A stretch of 64,000 nt of DNA. Source: Pseudomonadota bacterium (GTDB lineage Bacteria; Pseudomonadota; Alphaproteobacteria; Rhodobacterales; Rhodobacteraceae). Within the stretch, counting starts at the first letter, position 1; each line of letters starts with the position of its first letter. Where the stretch lies: assembly GCA_039817645.1 (NCBI GenBank), contig JBCBVM010000004.1:45013-109012 (forward strand), read 5' to 3'. The notes beneath the pieces are model-generated. The model was not told where the DNA came from, did not search any database, and saw only the letters and a list, made by a program, of their open reading frames with translations. Both the position numbers and the translations under genes were made by a program. Shown here piece by piece: positions 1 to 10,365 of this stretch.

Positions 1-93
1 ACCCGAGGCCCAACGGGGTTTGACGACCGGGATCGCGGGGGCCATGGTCAGCGCCAATCCCTATCGTTGGGGCAAAACCGTCGGGAGAGCAGG

Positions 94-741
94 ATGCGCG
101 CACTGGTTACAGGCGGAAATCGGGGCATCGGGCACGCCATCGCCGCCGGGTTGATGGAGGCCGGTCTGGACGTGGTGATAACCGCGCGCGCAGGGGGCGC
201 CGAGGTGGCCGAAACGCTGGGCTGCCGGGCGGTGACGATGGATCTTTGTGACGATACGTCGGTTGCGGCGGGGCTGGCAGAGGCGGGGCCCATCGACGTG
301 CTGATCAACAACGCGGGGGTCCTTTGGGATGACGGCTTGTTCGATGATGCCGACCGTTTTGAGACCAGCTTTGCTGTGATGGTGCGGGGGCCCTATCGCC
401 TGATACGGGCGACCCTGCCCCATATGACAGCGCAGGGATATGGGCGGGTCGTCAACGTCTCGTCGGGCTGGGGCAGTTTTGCCGAGGGGTTGGGCGGTGG
501 CGGGGCATATGGACCGGCCAAGGCGGCCCTGAACGCGCTCACGCTGCGGGCGGCGCAGCAAGCCGCCGCTGGTGTCAAAATCAACGCCATGTGTCCCGGG
601 TGGGTCCAGACCCGCATGGGCGGCGCCGCGGCACCGCGCAGCCCGGAACAGGGGGCCGATACGGCGATCTGGCTGGCCACGTTGCCACAGGACGGACCCA
701 GTGGCGGCTTCTTCCGCGACCGGCAGCGAATTGATTGGTAG
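94..741 (+). CDS. short-chain dehydrogenase/reductase (SDR) family oxidoreductase
   Basis: N-terminal Rossmann motif VTGGNRGIGHAIA and a YGPAK active-site motif. Start is the first ATG, preceded by GGGAGAGCAGG; the track ORF began at an upstream TTG. Confidence 0.8.
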   Translation: MRALVTGGNRGIGHAIAAGLMEAGLDVVITARAGGAEVAETLGCRAVTMDLCDDTSVAAGLAEAGPIDVLINNAGVLWDDGLFDDADRFETSFAVMVRGPYRLIRATLPHMTAQGYGRVVNVSSGWGSFAEGLGGGGAYGPAKAALNALTLRAAQQAAAGVKINAMCPGWVQTRMGGAAAPRSPEQGADTAIWLATLPQDGPSGGFFRDRQRIDW

Positions 742-1472
742 CGGTGCTGGGACGGTTCCTGCAATGGCGGCTGCGCACGGCACACCCACCGGTCAAGCTG
801 AGCACGCGGGCCGCGCGCTATGGTGCGGTGGCCTGCCTGTTGGGCATCGCGATCCTTCTGTGGCCCTTGGGGCGGGGGTACCTGGACGGCCAGGCCGCCA
901 TTCCCGACCTGGCCGCGCGGGCGGATGCCTTGATCGCGACGGGTCGCGGGCCGGACGATCTGGGCCCGGGCCGGTGGGACACGCTGGTGAGGGGGCAGGA
1001 CCTGGCCCCCGGCGCCATTGGGGCCACCGACCGTCGGACAGGGGACGGTGGCCTGTCGGCGGTGACGCAGAGCCTGGCCGCGCAGGAAGACCCTGCCGCG
1101 GGCGAGCCGGGCTGGGCCAGGCTGCGGCATATGGGGGTGGCCCTAGGCTATGGGGCGGGCCTTTCCGAAGACCAGATCGGCGCACTGTGGCTGGATCGCG
1201 TCGAAATGGTCCGGGTCACGCGCGGGGGGGACGTGGTCCGGACCGTCGGGTTTTGGACCGCAGCGGACCGCGCATACGCAAAGGCACCCGCCGCCCTGGC
1301 CGAGGCGGAGTTTTCGGACCTGATCCTGTGGCTGATCGTCCCGCCACAGGCGAGCAATGACCAGGCGGCCCAGATCGAACGGGCGGCCCGGATCGCACGG
1401 TATCTGGACGGGGCCTGCCTGCCCCGGGACGCGGACGATGTCCGGCTGGACGGCTGCGCGGCGGGGCGATGA
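735..1472 (+). CDS. hypothetical membrane-anchored protein, possibly transglycosylase-like; start uncertain
   Basis: Track ORF begins at a TTG that overlaps the SDR stop. One hydrophobic segment (AVACLLGIAILLWPLG). Weak resemblance to GT51 motifs (LAEAEFSDLILWLIVPPQASN). No ATG near the 5' end. Confidence 0.35.
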   Translation: MVAVLGRFLQWRLRTAHPPVKLSTRAARYGAVACLLGIAILLWPLGRGYLDGQAAIPDLAARADALIATGRGPDDLGPGRWDTLVRGQDLAPGAIGATDRRTGDGGLSAVTQSLAAQEDPAAGEPGWARLRHMGVALGYGAGLSEDQIGALWLDRVEMVRVTRGGDVVRTVGFWTAADRAYAKAPAALAEAEFSDLILWLIVPPQASNDQAAQIERAARIARYLDGACLPRDADDVRLDGCAAGR

Positions 1473-1528
1473 CCGGCGCGACCGAGCGGCCCCTTGGCCC
1501 TTACGGCGCAGGGGCCTAACATTCCCGC

Positions 1529-2194
1529 ATGTCCCGTTTGGTCTATCCCGGTTTCATTGCGCTGATCCTGTTGATGGCGGCGCCGTTCATCCTGTCCTCG
1601 GTGGCGAAGGGCTTCGATGGGCTCATGGGCGCACCCAACTTCCCCACCCGTCTGTTCCATGCGGATGCGCCGGTGGCGAACATCAGCATCTTTTCCCATA
1701 TGATCGCGGGCGCCGTCATCACCGGCCTGGCCCTTCTCCAGACAATGCCGCAGGTTCGCGCGCGGTGGCCGCAGGTCCATCGCATGTCGGGCCGTCTGAC
1801 CCTTGTCGCAGCGGGGATCACGGGCGTGGGGGGCCTAACCTACATCGCGGCCAAGGGCACCATTGGCGGGCCGTGGATGAGCTTTGGCTTCACGCTTTAT
1901 GGCGTCTGTGTGCTGATCGCCGCCGTCATGACCTGGCGCACGGCCCGCGCACGGGCGTTTGCGCGCCACCGGGAATGGGGCCTGCGTATGGTGTGGCTGG
2001 CCATCGGATCTTGGCTTTACCGCGTGTTCTACGGCCTTTGGGTCGTCACCATGGGAGAGGTCGCAATGGCCCCGGATTTCAGTGGCGCATTCGACCGGGC
2101 CATGGTGCTCGGCTTCTTTGTCCCGCAACTCATTTTGCTTGAGCTGTACCTGAGGCGCGGCCGGGCGGTTGAACCCGTCCCGTCAGAAGGCTAG
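1529..2194 (+). CDS. hypothetical multi-pass membrane protein
   Basis: ATG start and several hydrophobic helices (FIALILLMAAPFIL, VITGLALLQTM, LTLVAAGITGVGGL, VCVLIAAVM). Confidence 0.55.
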   Translation: MSRLVYPGFIALILLMAAPFILSSVAKGFDGLMGAPNFPTRLFHADAPVANISIFSHMIAGAVITGLALLQTMPQVRARWPQVHRMSGRLTLVAAGITGVGGLTYIAAKGTIGGPWMSFGFTLYGVCVLIAAVMTWRTARARAFARHREWGLRMVWLAIGSWLYRVFYGLWVVTMGEVAMAPDFSGAFDRAMVLGFFVPQLILLELYLRRGRAVEPVPSEG

Positions 2195-2229
2195 AGCGGC
2201 GCGAACACGTCATCCGGAGGCGCATCCCC

Positions 2230-2517
2230 ATGTCCATCGACCGCGAAACCGCCCGCAAAGTGGCCAAGCTGGCCCGGATCGAGGTGCCAGACGACCGGCT
2301 GGCCCCCCTGGCGGAGGAGTTCAACGCGATCCTCGGCTTCATCGAGCAATTGCAGGAAGTCGATGTGGAGGGGGTGGAGCCCATGGTCTCTGTCACGCCC
2401 ATGCGGTTGAAGCGGCGCGAAGACCTGGTGACCGACGGCAATCAGCCCAAGGCCGTTTTGACCAACGCGCCCGACGCCCGCGAAGGCTTCTTTGCCGTGC
2501 CCAAAGTGGTGGAGTGA
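2230..2517 (+). CDS. gatC: Asp-tRNA(Asn)/Glu-tRNA(Gln) amidotransferase subunit C
   Basis: 95 aa; [19 protein letters not shown]...[13 protein letters not shown] is typical GatC. Sits immediately upstream of gatA. Confidence 0.9.
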   Translation: MSIDRETARKVAKLARIEVPDDRLAPLAEEFNAILGFIEQLQEVDVEGVEPMVSVTPMRLKRREDLVTDGNQPKAVLTNAPDAREGFFAVPKVVE

Positions 2518-2521
2518 GGCC

Positions 2522-4003
2522 ATGACAAAGCTGACCGACCTGACCATTGCCGAGGCCCGTGACATGCTGCGCAGCGGCGAGACGACGGCCTTGGCCCTGA
2601 CCGAAGCGCATCTGGAGGCCGTGGAGGCCGCGGGCGCCTTGAACGCCTATGTCCACCACACGCCCGACATCGCCCGCGCACAGGCCAAGGCCGCCGACGC
2701 CCGCATCCAGCGCGGGGACGCACCGGACATGTGCGGCATTCCGGTGGGCATTAAGGATTTGTTCTGTACCAAAGGTGTGCCGTCCCAGGCCGCGTCCCGC
2801 ATCTTGGAAGGGTTCAAGCCGGAATATGAGAGCACCGTCACCGACAAGCTGTTCACGGCGGGCGCGGTGATGTTGGGCAAGCTGAATATGGACGAGTTCG
2901 CCATGGGCTCCTCCAACGAGACGTCGACCTATGGCAACGTGGTCAACCCTTGGCGCGCGGGCAATTCCGATGCGGATCTGACGCCCGGCGGATCGTCCGG
3001 CGGGTCGGCGGCGGCGGTGGCTGCGCGGCTGTGTCTGGGCGCGACAGGCACCGATACCGGCGGATCCATCCGCCAGCCTGCGGCGTTTACCGGCACCGTA
3101 GGGATCAAGCCGACCTATGGCCGTGTCAGCCGCTGGGGCATCGTGGCCTTTGCGTCGTCCCTGGACCAAGCCGGGCCCATGACGCGCAGTGTGCGCGACT
3201 GCGCCATCATGTTGGGCGCCATGGCCGGCCATGACCCAAAGGACAGCACCAGCGCGGACTTGGCCGTGCCCGATTTCGAGGCGATGCTGACCGCGGACAT
3301 CAAGGGCCAGACCATCGGCATTCCCAAGGAATACCGCATGGATGGCATGCCCGAAGAGATCGAGACCCTCTGGCAGGAGGGCATTGCCATGCTGCGCGAT
3401 GCGGGTGCCGAAATCCGCGACATCACCTTGCCCCATACGAAATACGCCCTGCCTGCATATTACGTGATTGCCCCTGCCGAAGCGTCCTCGAACCTGGCAC
3501 GCTATGATGGGGTGCGGTTTGGCCACCGGGCCGAGATTGGGCCAGGGGATGGCATCACCGAGTTGTACGAGAAGACCCGGGCCGAGGGGTTCGGGCCCGA
3601 AGTGCAGCGGCGCGTGATGGTTGGCACCTATGTCCTGTCCGCCGGGTTTTATGATGCCTACTATAACCGAGCACGGCGGGTGCGGGCCTTGATCAAGAAG
3701 GACTTCGAGGATGTGTTCGCCGACGGGATCGACGCGATCCTAACCCCCGCGACCCCCTCCGCCGCTTTTGAGTTGGGGGCGAATTTCTCTCCCATCGAGA
3801 TGTATCTCAACGATGTCTTCACCGTGACCGTGAACTTGGCCGGGTTGCCCGGCATCGCGGTTCCCACGGGCCAGGATCGGCGCGGGTTGCCCATGGGTCT
3901 GCAACTGATCGGCAAACCTTGGGAAGAAGGCGCGTTGATGAATGTGGCACAGTGCCTAGAGGATCGCGCGGGGTTCGTAGCGCGGCCCGACAAATGGTGG
4001 TAA
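2522..4003 (+). CDS. gatA: Glu-tRNA(Gln) amidotransferase subunit A
   Basis: Amidase signature [12 protein letters not shown]...[14 protein letters not shown]. Internal ATG lies 5 nt after the gatC stop. Confidence 0.95.
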   Translation: MTKLTDLTIAEARDMLRSGETTALALTEAHLEAVEAAGALNAYVHHTPDIARAQAKAADARIQRGDAPDMCGIPVGIKDLFCTKGVPSQAASRILEGFKPEYESTVTDKLFTAGAVMLGKLNMDEFAMGSSNETSTYGNVVNPWRAGNSDADLTPGGSSGGSAAAVAARLCLGATGTDTGGSIRQPAAFTGTVGIKPTYGRVSRWGIVAFASSLDQAGPMTRSVRDCAIMLGAMAGHDPKDSTSADLAVPDFEAMLTADIKGQTIGIPKEYRMDGMPEEIETLWQEGIAMLRDAGAEIRDITLPHTKYALPAYYVIAPAEASSNLARYDGVRFGHRAEIGPGDGITELYEKTRAEGFGPEVQRRVMVGTYVLSAGFYDAYYNRARRVRALIKKDFEDVFADGIDAILTPATPSAAFELGANFSPIEMYLNDVFTVTVNLAGLPGIAVPTGQDRRGLPMGLQLIGKPWEEGALMNVAQCLEDRAGFVARPDKWW

Positions 4004-4038
4004 ACCCGTCGCAACAAAAAGACCAAAGAGGCCCGAGT

Positions 4039-4905
4039 ATGCGCATGTCCCCCCTTCTGCTGCCCTTGGCAGCCGTCGCCGTTCTGGCTGCGTGCAACCC
4101 ACCGATCCCGGATAGTGGGGCCCGGGGGCCAGGCTTTGACACGCCCCAACAATATGCGGCCCGCCGAGAGGCGGAGCTGCGCCGCGGCGGGGCCAGCACG
4201 GGCATCCAAGGTGCGCAGACCATCCGCCCACCGGCCACCGCGCCCGTGCAAACCGCCAGTGCAACACCATTCCCGGCCCAGGGCGCGCCCGCGCAGCAAG
4301 TGGCCTCTGCCCCCATTGGCGCCCCGGCGCCCTTGCCCACCGCGGCCCAGTCGGCGCCCGCCAACACGTCCGAGGCGCAACAGATCGCGAACCAGGCGCG
4401 GGCCGCCTTGGGTCAACCCGCCGCCGCGCCTGTGGCCGGCCCGGCCCCGTTGCCGACACCGGCCCCCATCGCATCGGCCAGCACCACTGGCACCGGCAGC
4501 ACTGAAGGCGGTGCCGGGCTAAGCCGGGAGCAGGACTTTGCTGCCGTGTCTGCCGAGCGGGACATTGCCGCCGATGCGGAACGCCAGCGGCAGTTGCGAC
4601 AGCAGTATCAATTGGTCACGCCTACGGCGCTTCAGCGGCCCTCGGACGATGGGCCCAACATCATCGCCTACGCCTTGAACCAAGCCCAGCCCAAAGGGGC
4701 CAGCGGCACCTTCCGCCGCAACCCGCTGGCCAGCCAACGCAGGGCCCAGAACAACTGCCGCGGCTATCGCACGGCGGATGTGGCGCAGGAAGATTTCTTG
4801 GCCGCGGGCGGGCCCCAGCGGGATCGGCTGAACCTGGACCCGGATGGGGACGGCAATGCCTGCGGCTGGGACCCGGCGACCTTCCGTAGCCTTGTGCGCA
4901 ACTAA
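4039..4905 (+). CDS. lipoprotein with Ala/Pro-rich low-complexity region and C-terminal Excalibur-like calcium-binding motif
   Basis: Lipobox (LLPLAAVAVLAAC). Long A/P/Q-rich linker. C-terminal DPDGDGNACGWDP resembles the Excalibur DxDxDGxxCE motif. Confidence 0.7.
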   Translation: MRMSPLLLPLAAVAVLAACNPPIPDSGARGPGFDTPQQYAARREAELRRGGASTGIQGAQTIRPPATAPVQTASATPFPAQGAPAQQVASAPIGAPAPLPTAAQSAPANTSEAQQIANQARAALGQPAAAPVAGPAPLPTPAPIASASTTGTGSTEGGAGLSREQDFAAVSAERDIAADAERQRQLRQQYQLVTPTALQRPSDDGPNIIAYALNQAQPKGASGTFRRNPLASQRRAQNNCRGYRTADVAQEDFLAAGGPQRDRLNLDPDGDGNACGWDPATFRSLVRN

Positions 4906-4919
4906 GCGCGCCCGCCCCC

Positions 4920-5612
4920 ATGCACCACGTCCAAAGTCCAAATCACGGCCCGCGCAAGGGTGGCGTGACCGCGCCGGACCTGATCGTGCTGCATTACACG
5001 GCCATGGTTGGCGGCTGCTGGCCCGCAATCAAGCGGCTGTGTGACCCCAAGGCCGAAGTGTCTTGCCACTACATCATTGATGAGGACGGGTCCCTGGTGC
5101 AGTTGGTGGCCGATGACCGGCGCGCCTGGCATGCGGGTGTCGGCCAATGGGGCGAGAGTACGGACGTCAACTCACGCTCGCTTGGGATCGAGCTGTCCAA
5201 TGACGGTGCCTCTCCGTTCCCGGAGGCGCAAATGACCACGCTCGAAAGCCTTCTAAGGGCGCTGATGGCGCGCCACGGGATCGACGCAAAGGGCGTCATC
5301 GGCCATTCCGACTGTGCGCCGGGCCGCAAGATCGACCCGGGCGGGCGGTTTGACTGGGCGCGATTGGCATTGCAGGGGCTGGCCATTCAGCCGGACCGCA
5401 CGGCGCAAGACGACGCCCCCCTGAGCGATCAGGGCTTCGCCGCCCATCTGGCGACCTATGGCATGACCGCCGATGTGGAACATCAGACGCGGCTGGACAG
5501 CTTCCGTCTGCGCTTCAACCCCGGCGGCGCTGGCCCCCTGACCCAGGCCGAAGCCAACATGGCCGCCGACCTGGCCGCGCGCTTTCCCGCGCGGCCTTTG
5601 GTGACGGCCTAA
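4920..5612 (+). CDS. N-acetylmuramoyl-L-alanine amidase (AmpD/Amidase_2 family)
   Basis: SPNHGPR...LIVLHYTAM...WHAG...GIELSNDG are AmpD/PGRP-type amidase motifs. Confidence 0.8.
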   Translation: MHHVQSPNHGPRKGGVTAPDLIVLHYTAMVGGCWPAIKRLCDPKAEVSCHYIIDEDGSLVQLVADDRRAWHAGVGQWGESTDVNSRSLGIELSNDGASPFPEAQMTTLESLLRALMARHGIDAKGVIGHSDCAPGRKIDPGGRFDWARLALQGLAIQPDRTAQDDAPLSDQGFAAHLATYGMTADVEHQTRLDSFRLRFNPGGAGPLTQAEANMAADLAARFPARPLVTA

Positions 5613-5667
5613 CCCCTGTTCGCACGGCGGCATTGGGTCAGCCGTCAGGTTTGGACCGCGTCCCCGC

Positions 5668-7554
5668 CTAGGCCGCCCATTCCCAGGGCCGGGTGTAGTT
5701 GCCCATGACGGCGACGACTTGGTTTTCATCCACCTCGCCCGTCTTTTCCAACTTCGCCACCAGTCCGCGCTTCTTATCCTCGGTCACATCTGCCACGCGC
5801 GCAGAGATCCCGGCCTCGGCCAGGGCCGCATCATAGACCCGCGTGATGGCCCGTTTGCGCAGGTCCGGCTTGAAGACCTTGCCAACGGCGGTCTTGGGCA
5901 ATTCCTCTAGGATTTCGATATGCTTGGGCCGCGCCGCGCGTTCATGGACATGGGTCTCACAATGGGCGCTCAGATCGTCCAGGCTGGCCTGCGCACCGGC
6001 CACCAGTTCCACGTAAGCACAGGGCAATTCCCCGGCGAAGGCGTCGGGCTGCCCGATGGCCCCCACCATCGCCACGGAAGGGTGCCCGGCCAAAGCCTCC
6101 TCAATCTCTGCGGGATCAATGTTGTGGCCCCCCCGGATGATCAGGTCCTTGGCCCGGCCCGTGATCCAAAGGTAGCCGTCCGCATCAATGCGACCCAGAT
6201 CGCCCGTGCGCAGATAGATGTCATGGTGGAAAAGATCATGGTTCTTATCCACCTCTGTGTAGGTGGACCCGGGCCAGACCCCCGGGTTGTAGATACAGAT
6301 TTCGCCCACCGCATCCACTGGGCATTCCTCTGGCCCCTCGCCCCGATCCGCCAGGATTTTCACCTCAGTGTGCATGAACGGGATCCCGACGGAGCCGATT
6401 TTCTTCTCTCCGTCCACGGGGTTGCAGCTGACAAGACAGGTGGCTTCGGTCAGGCCATACCCCTCGACGACCGTGACGCCCGTCTCCTTTTCGAAGCGTT
6501 TGAACAACTCGACCGGTAAGGGGGAGGAGCCAGAGAAGGCCGTCTTTACCGAGGATACATCCGCGTCAACCGGGCGCTGCATTAGCGCGGACATGGCCGT
6601 GGGGACCGTGATGATGAATGTGACCTTCCACCGCTCCACCAGTTTCCAGAAGTTGTCGAACACGCCTTCCCCGCGATAGCCCTGGGGCGTGGGGAAAACC
6701 ACATGGGCGCCGGACGCGACCATCGCCATCAGGATCACATGGCAGGCAAAGACGTGGAACAGAGGCAAGGGACAGATCACGACGTCCTGTTCGGTGAACA
6801 ACAGACGATGCCCGACCCACCCATTGTAGATCATACCGGAGTATTTGTGCTGCGCCACCTTGGGCATGCCCGTGGTCCCGCCGGTATGGAAATACGCCGC
6901 CACACGGTCGCCCTGGGCATCGGGGAAGCTGAGCGTTTTGGGCTGCTTGGCCACCTCAGCCGTCCAACTCAGAACGCGGGCGCTGTGGCTGACGGGGTTC
7001 TTGGGCCGAATGAGTGGGACGATGAACTTCTTCAGGCCCGTCAGATACCGATGAAGATCGACCTCAAGCACGGTCTGCACATTGGGCGCCAACGCCACGG
7101 CATTGCCGACCTTCTGCGCCACATCCGTCTTCGGGAACGCGCGCAGGGTCACGACCACCTTTGCGTTCGTTTCCCGCAGGATCGCACCGATCTGTTCTGC
7201 GTCAAGCAGGGGATTGATCGGGTTGACGATCCCCGCGACCGCGCCGCCCAAGAGCACCGTCGCCGTGTCTGTGCAGTTGGGCAGGACATAGGCCACCGTA
7301 TCGGTCTCGGTGATGCCAAGGGACCGGAACAGGTTTGCGGCCTGGGTGATCTGGTCCTTGAACTCGGACCAATTCAGGGTCTCTGCCGGGTCCGTAGGGC
7401 CGGAAAACAACTGGTACGAAATGGCGGGCCGGGCGCCATGGGTCTCTGCCGTCTTGGTCAGCAACTCATAGAGCGTTTGGGCAGGTTGCGCCTGTTCCCA
7501 CGGCTCGGCCGCCTCGATGTCCAAGATGTCCTGTTTGTTGGCAAATGACGCCAT
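5668..7554 (-). CDS. AMP-dependent acyl-CoA synthetase/ligase
   Basis: AMP-binding motifs YFHTGGTTGMPK and TGDLGRIDADGYLWITGRAKD. Start set at internal ATG (MASFANKQ), preceded by GGGGAGGACAGAA. Confidence 0.85.
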   Translation of the reverse strand: MASFANKQDILDIEAAEPWEQAQPAQTLYELLTKTAETHGARPAISYQLFSGPTDPAETLNWSEFKDQITQAANLFRSLGITETDTVAYVLPNCTDTATVLLGGAVAGIVNPINPLLDAEQIGAILRETNAKVVVTLRAFPKTDVAQKVGNAVALAPNVQTVLEVDLHRYLTGLKKFIVPLIRPKNPVSHSARVLSWTAEVAKQPKTLSFPDAQGDRVAAYFHTGGTTGMPKVAQHKYSGMIYNGWVGHRLLFTEQDVVICPLPLFHVFACHVILMAMVASGAHVVFPTPQGYRGEGVFDNFWKLVERWKVTFIITVPTAMSALMQRPVDADVSSVKTAFSGSSPLPVELFKRFEKETGVTVVEGYGLTEATCLVSCNPVDGEKKIGSVGIPFMHTEVKILADRGEGPEECPVDAVGEICIYNPGVWPGSTYTEVDKNHDLFHHDIYLRTGDLGRIDADGYLWITGRAKDLIIRGGHNIDPAEIEEALAGHPSVAMVGAIGQPDAFAGELPCAYVELVAGAQASLDDLSAHCETHVHERAARPKHIEILEELPKTAVGKVFKPDLRKRAITRVYDAALAEAGISARVADVTEDKKRGLVAKLEKTGEVDENQVVAVMGNYTRPWEWAA

Positions 7555-7723
7555 TTCTGTCCTCCCCGAACGTGTCCCCCGAGGCTCCCTCCTCGGTATA
7601 TGAGCACGGAGGATGGACACTCCGCGCGGGTAGAGCAAGGCAAACGCTACGGCCAAGGGCGACAATCTGATCTGCTGGCCCCAGGATAGTGCTGGTCATC
7701 CGGCGCGCAGACGCATCCAGGCG

Positions 7724-8893
7724 CTATGCCAGAAGGCCGGGGTCCGCGCCCATTTCAAGGCCAGGGAAGATCAGAGTGCCAAGGGTCGTCCGATCCACCC
7801 CAAACATGCCGTGGAGCGCCCAGGCCGCATAGCGCCGCACATCCGCCGTGGGCATCAAATCGCGCCGTTGATAAAGCGCGGCCTCGCCCAAGCCCGGCCA
7901 ATCGCCCCAAACTTGACCGCCGTTCAAGGCACCGCCCGCCAGGATCATCGTGCCACCCGTCCCATGATCCGTACCGCGGGTGCCATTGACGGCCGCAGTG
8001 CGCCCGAACTCCGTCATGGCCAGAACGACCGTGTTGTCCCAATCGGGCCCAAGATCATCGCGCAGACGCAACAGCCCCGTGCCCAAACGCGACAAGGCGC
8101 GCTTGATCTGGTTGGGTTGATTGCGGTGGGTGTCCCACCCCATCACCGACAAGGCCGCGATGCGCGCATCTTGACGCAACTGGGTGGCGGCAAAGGCGAA
8201 CAGCGCCTCGGCCCCGCGTTTGCGCCCATTGGGCCCTGCCGCACTGTCGGCGGCAAGCTCCAGCGCCTCCTCCGCGGTCTCGCGAAACAGGGGGTCGTCA
8301 TGGTAGATATGGAGCAGCAGGTCCTGGGTCGCGGGGGCAAGTTCCAACTGCGCGTCGGGGGCCCAGCTTGAATAATCCGCCGCACCCCGCAACAGCAGCA
8401 TCTCATCGCGGCCAATGGCAAACGCGGTCCGCCCTTCGGCGCCAGGCAGCGTGGTCAGCAAGCGGTTCAGCCACCCATCCCGGTTCGACAGGGGCGGGAC
8501 TTGCCCCGCCGTCCCGGCCTCCAGAATGTCTTGGCCGTCGAAATGGCTCCGCTTGTCGCGGTATGGCGTGCTGACGGCCTGGGCAAAGCCCAACTGGCCC
8601 GCCTGCCACAGCGGCAGAAGCGGCGCCAAATGGGGGGTCAGCGCGTGGAACCCCGTCAGGTCCAGCGCCCCGGCACCGGGCCCAATGTCGAAACTTGGCC
8701 GCAGGGCCGCCAGCCCCGGGTCGCCATAGGGTTGCAAAACGTCCAGCCCATCCATGCCGCCGCGCAAAATCACCACCACAAGGCGTTTATCACTGGGGAG
8801 GGCCGCAAAGGCCATGGGCGTGACGGCGGGCGCGGCCGCCAGGGAACATCCCATGGTGGCCAGAAAGCGGCGTCGGTCGAGCATCAGGGACAT
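7724..8893 (-). CDS. DUF1501 domain protein (Tat-secreted, sulfatase/phosphatase-like fold)
   Basis: Twin-arginine signal (MSLMLDRRRFLATMGCSLAAAPA). Conserved partner of the upstream DUF1800 gene. Confidence 0.75.
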   Translation of the reverse strand: MSLMLDRRRFLATMGCSLAAAPAVTPMAFAALPSDKRLVVVILRGGMDGLDVLQPYGDPGLAALRPSFDIGPGAGALDLTGFHALTPHLAPLLPLWQAGQLGFAQAVSTPYRDKRSHFDGQDILEAGTAGQVPPLSNRDGWLNRLLTTLPGAEGRTAFAIGRDEMLLLRGAADYSSWAPDAQLELAPATQDLLLHIYHDDPLFRETAEEALELAADSAAGPNGRKRGAEALFAFAATQLRQDARIAALSVMGWDTHRNQPNQIKRALSRLGTGLLRLRDDLGPDWDNTVVLAMTEFGRTAAVNGTRGTDHGTGGTMILAGGALNGGQVWGDWPGLGEAALYQRRDLMPTADVRRYAAWALHGMFGVDRTTLGTLIFPGLEMGADPGLLA

Positions 8894-8899
8894 GGCACC

Positions 8900-10255
8900 C
8901 TACCTCCGTTGAAAATCTGGCGCGGACAGCACCAGGCCGATGCCCGCCGCCCGATCTTCGGCGGCTTGGGCTGCGAAGCGGGTGCGCGGGCTGGCCAGAT
9001 CCGCCAGGGCCACGTCCACAAAGGCGCGCGGGTCTGGCAGGTCCGGCACCTCGCTCGGCGCGCGCATGGCCCATTCAATCCGTGCCGAGAGGCCTTGGGG
9101 CGTGATCCAGGCCCGCGCGTCTTCGGGCCAGCCATCGGGTCCCGGCGGGTGCTGCCACCGCTGCCCCATCAGGCTGAGGGGACGGAAAAAGGCGTCGCGG
9201 ATCGTGCGAATACCCGCGCCCTCAAGGCCGTCCCCAATGCCCAGGGCCCGCCCGGCAGCCGCAATGAACTCAAACGGCGGCCGCACTTTGACAAGGTCCT
9301 TCGACCAGGCCGCCGGATGGTCCAGCAACGCGGCATAGACGGCCATCAGGTCGCCCTCCGTCTCGGCCCACCGCGCGACCATACTGGCCACCAGATCAGG
9401 CTCTGGCGTGTCGCTAACGAAATGCACCGCCAATTTGCGACAGATGTGATTTGCCGTCTCCGGGTGAACCGCCAGGTCCCGCAAGACGGCGCGGATATGC
9501 TCCGGATCGGCAGGGCCACCCCCGTAGGAGCGTCCCAGCACCTCCTCCGGTCCCGGCTCCGCCCGGTTCGGCTGAAACGTCTTCTGCCCGGCTTTTGTGA
9601 TGGACAGCCCGCTCAACAATTCGGCCAGCTGCCGGACATCGCTCTGGCCGTAAGCGGCGCCCACGCCCAAGGTGTGCAGTTCCAGCAATTCGCGCGCGAG
9701 GTTCTCATTCAGACCGCGCCCCCGCCGCCCCTGCGGCGAGTTTGGACCCGTGGACCCACGCTGATCCAGATAGGCGACCATGGCGGGGTGCGTGACGGCG
9801 GCAGTCAAAAGATCCTCAAAGCGCCCCGCGATGTGTGGCCGGATCGCATCCTCGTGGTAGCCAGCCACCGTGCGCCGCAGGAACCCCTGCCCGTTGGCCA
9901 CCGCGAAATGATCGGCCCAAAACCAGGCGAGGCGTTCGCGGAACCCATCTTCCGTCCCCATGGCCCGGGCAAAGGCGCGCCCCAGATCGGCATGGTGCGC
10001 CTCGGTCATGGCACGGTTATGGGCGCGGAAGGCATCTTCGGCCGGTTGACCCCCGTCCTTGCGCGCACGACGCAAGCGCACCCAGGCCACAGCATTCCCG
10101 ATTTTCTGATCCCATCCCGGTTGGGGATAGGCACGGGCGATGCGATCCGGCCCACCCAGGCGATACAACATCTCGGCCACGTCGCTTGGCGGCGCGACAC
10201 TCGGCGATAGGCCCGTCCCAAACCGGATGGCGGCAAGGGTTGGATCGAAACTCAT
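8900..10255 (-). CDS. DUF1800 domain protein
   Basis: FDPTLAAIRFGTGLSP N-terminus is typical of DUF1800. Lies 6 nt upstream of DUF1501 on the same strand. Confidence 0.7.
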   Translation of the reverse strand: MSFDPTLAAIRFGTGLSPSVAPPSDVAEMLYRLGGPDRIARAYPQPGWDQKIGNAVAWVRLRRARKDGGQPAEDAFRAHNRAMTEAHHADLGRAFARAMGTEDGFRERLAWFWADHFAVANGQGFLRRTVAGYHEDAIRPHIAGRFEDLLTAAVTHPAMVAYLDQRGSTGPNSPQGRRGRGLNENLARELLELHTLGVGAAYGQSDVRQLAELLSGLSITKAGQKTFQPNRAEPGPEEVLGRSYGGGPADPEHIRAVLRDLAVHPETANHICRKLAVHFVSDTPEPDLVASMVARWAETEGDLMAVYAALLDHPAAWSKDLVKVRPPFEFIAAAGRALGIGDGLEGAGIRTIRDAFFRPLSLMGQRWQHPPGPDGWPEDARAWITPQGLSARIEWAMRAPSEVPDLPDPRAFVDVALADLASPRTRFAAQAAEDRAAGIGLVLSAPDFQRR

Positions 10256-10365
10256 GGCGTGATGGCCGGTTGGGTCATGTCCAACAGATAACACCGCCAC
10301 ACGCCATTTGAATGGGTATGTGGCGCGTTCTGTCGGGGGCCGGCAGAATTATGTTCTGCGACGGC

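Noticed and set aside
393-1130. Long antisense or shadow ORFs throughout the window (e.g. 393..1130 -, 2393..3526 -, 8501..10210 +, 10312..11709 +, 36916..38094 +, 40638..41861 +, 49385..51124 +).
   Set aside because: They overlap well-supported genes on the opposite strand. Their translations are Arg/Gly/Pro/Ala-rich low-complexity sequence typical of GC-rich out-of-frame DNA, and they have no domain signatures.
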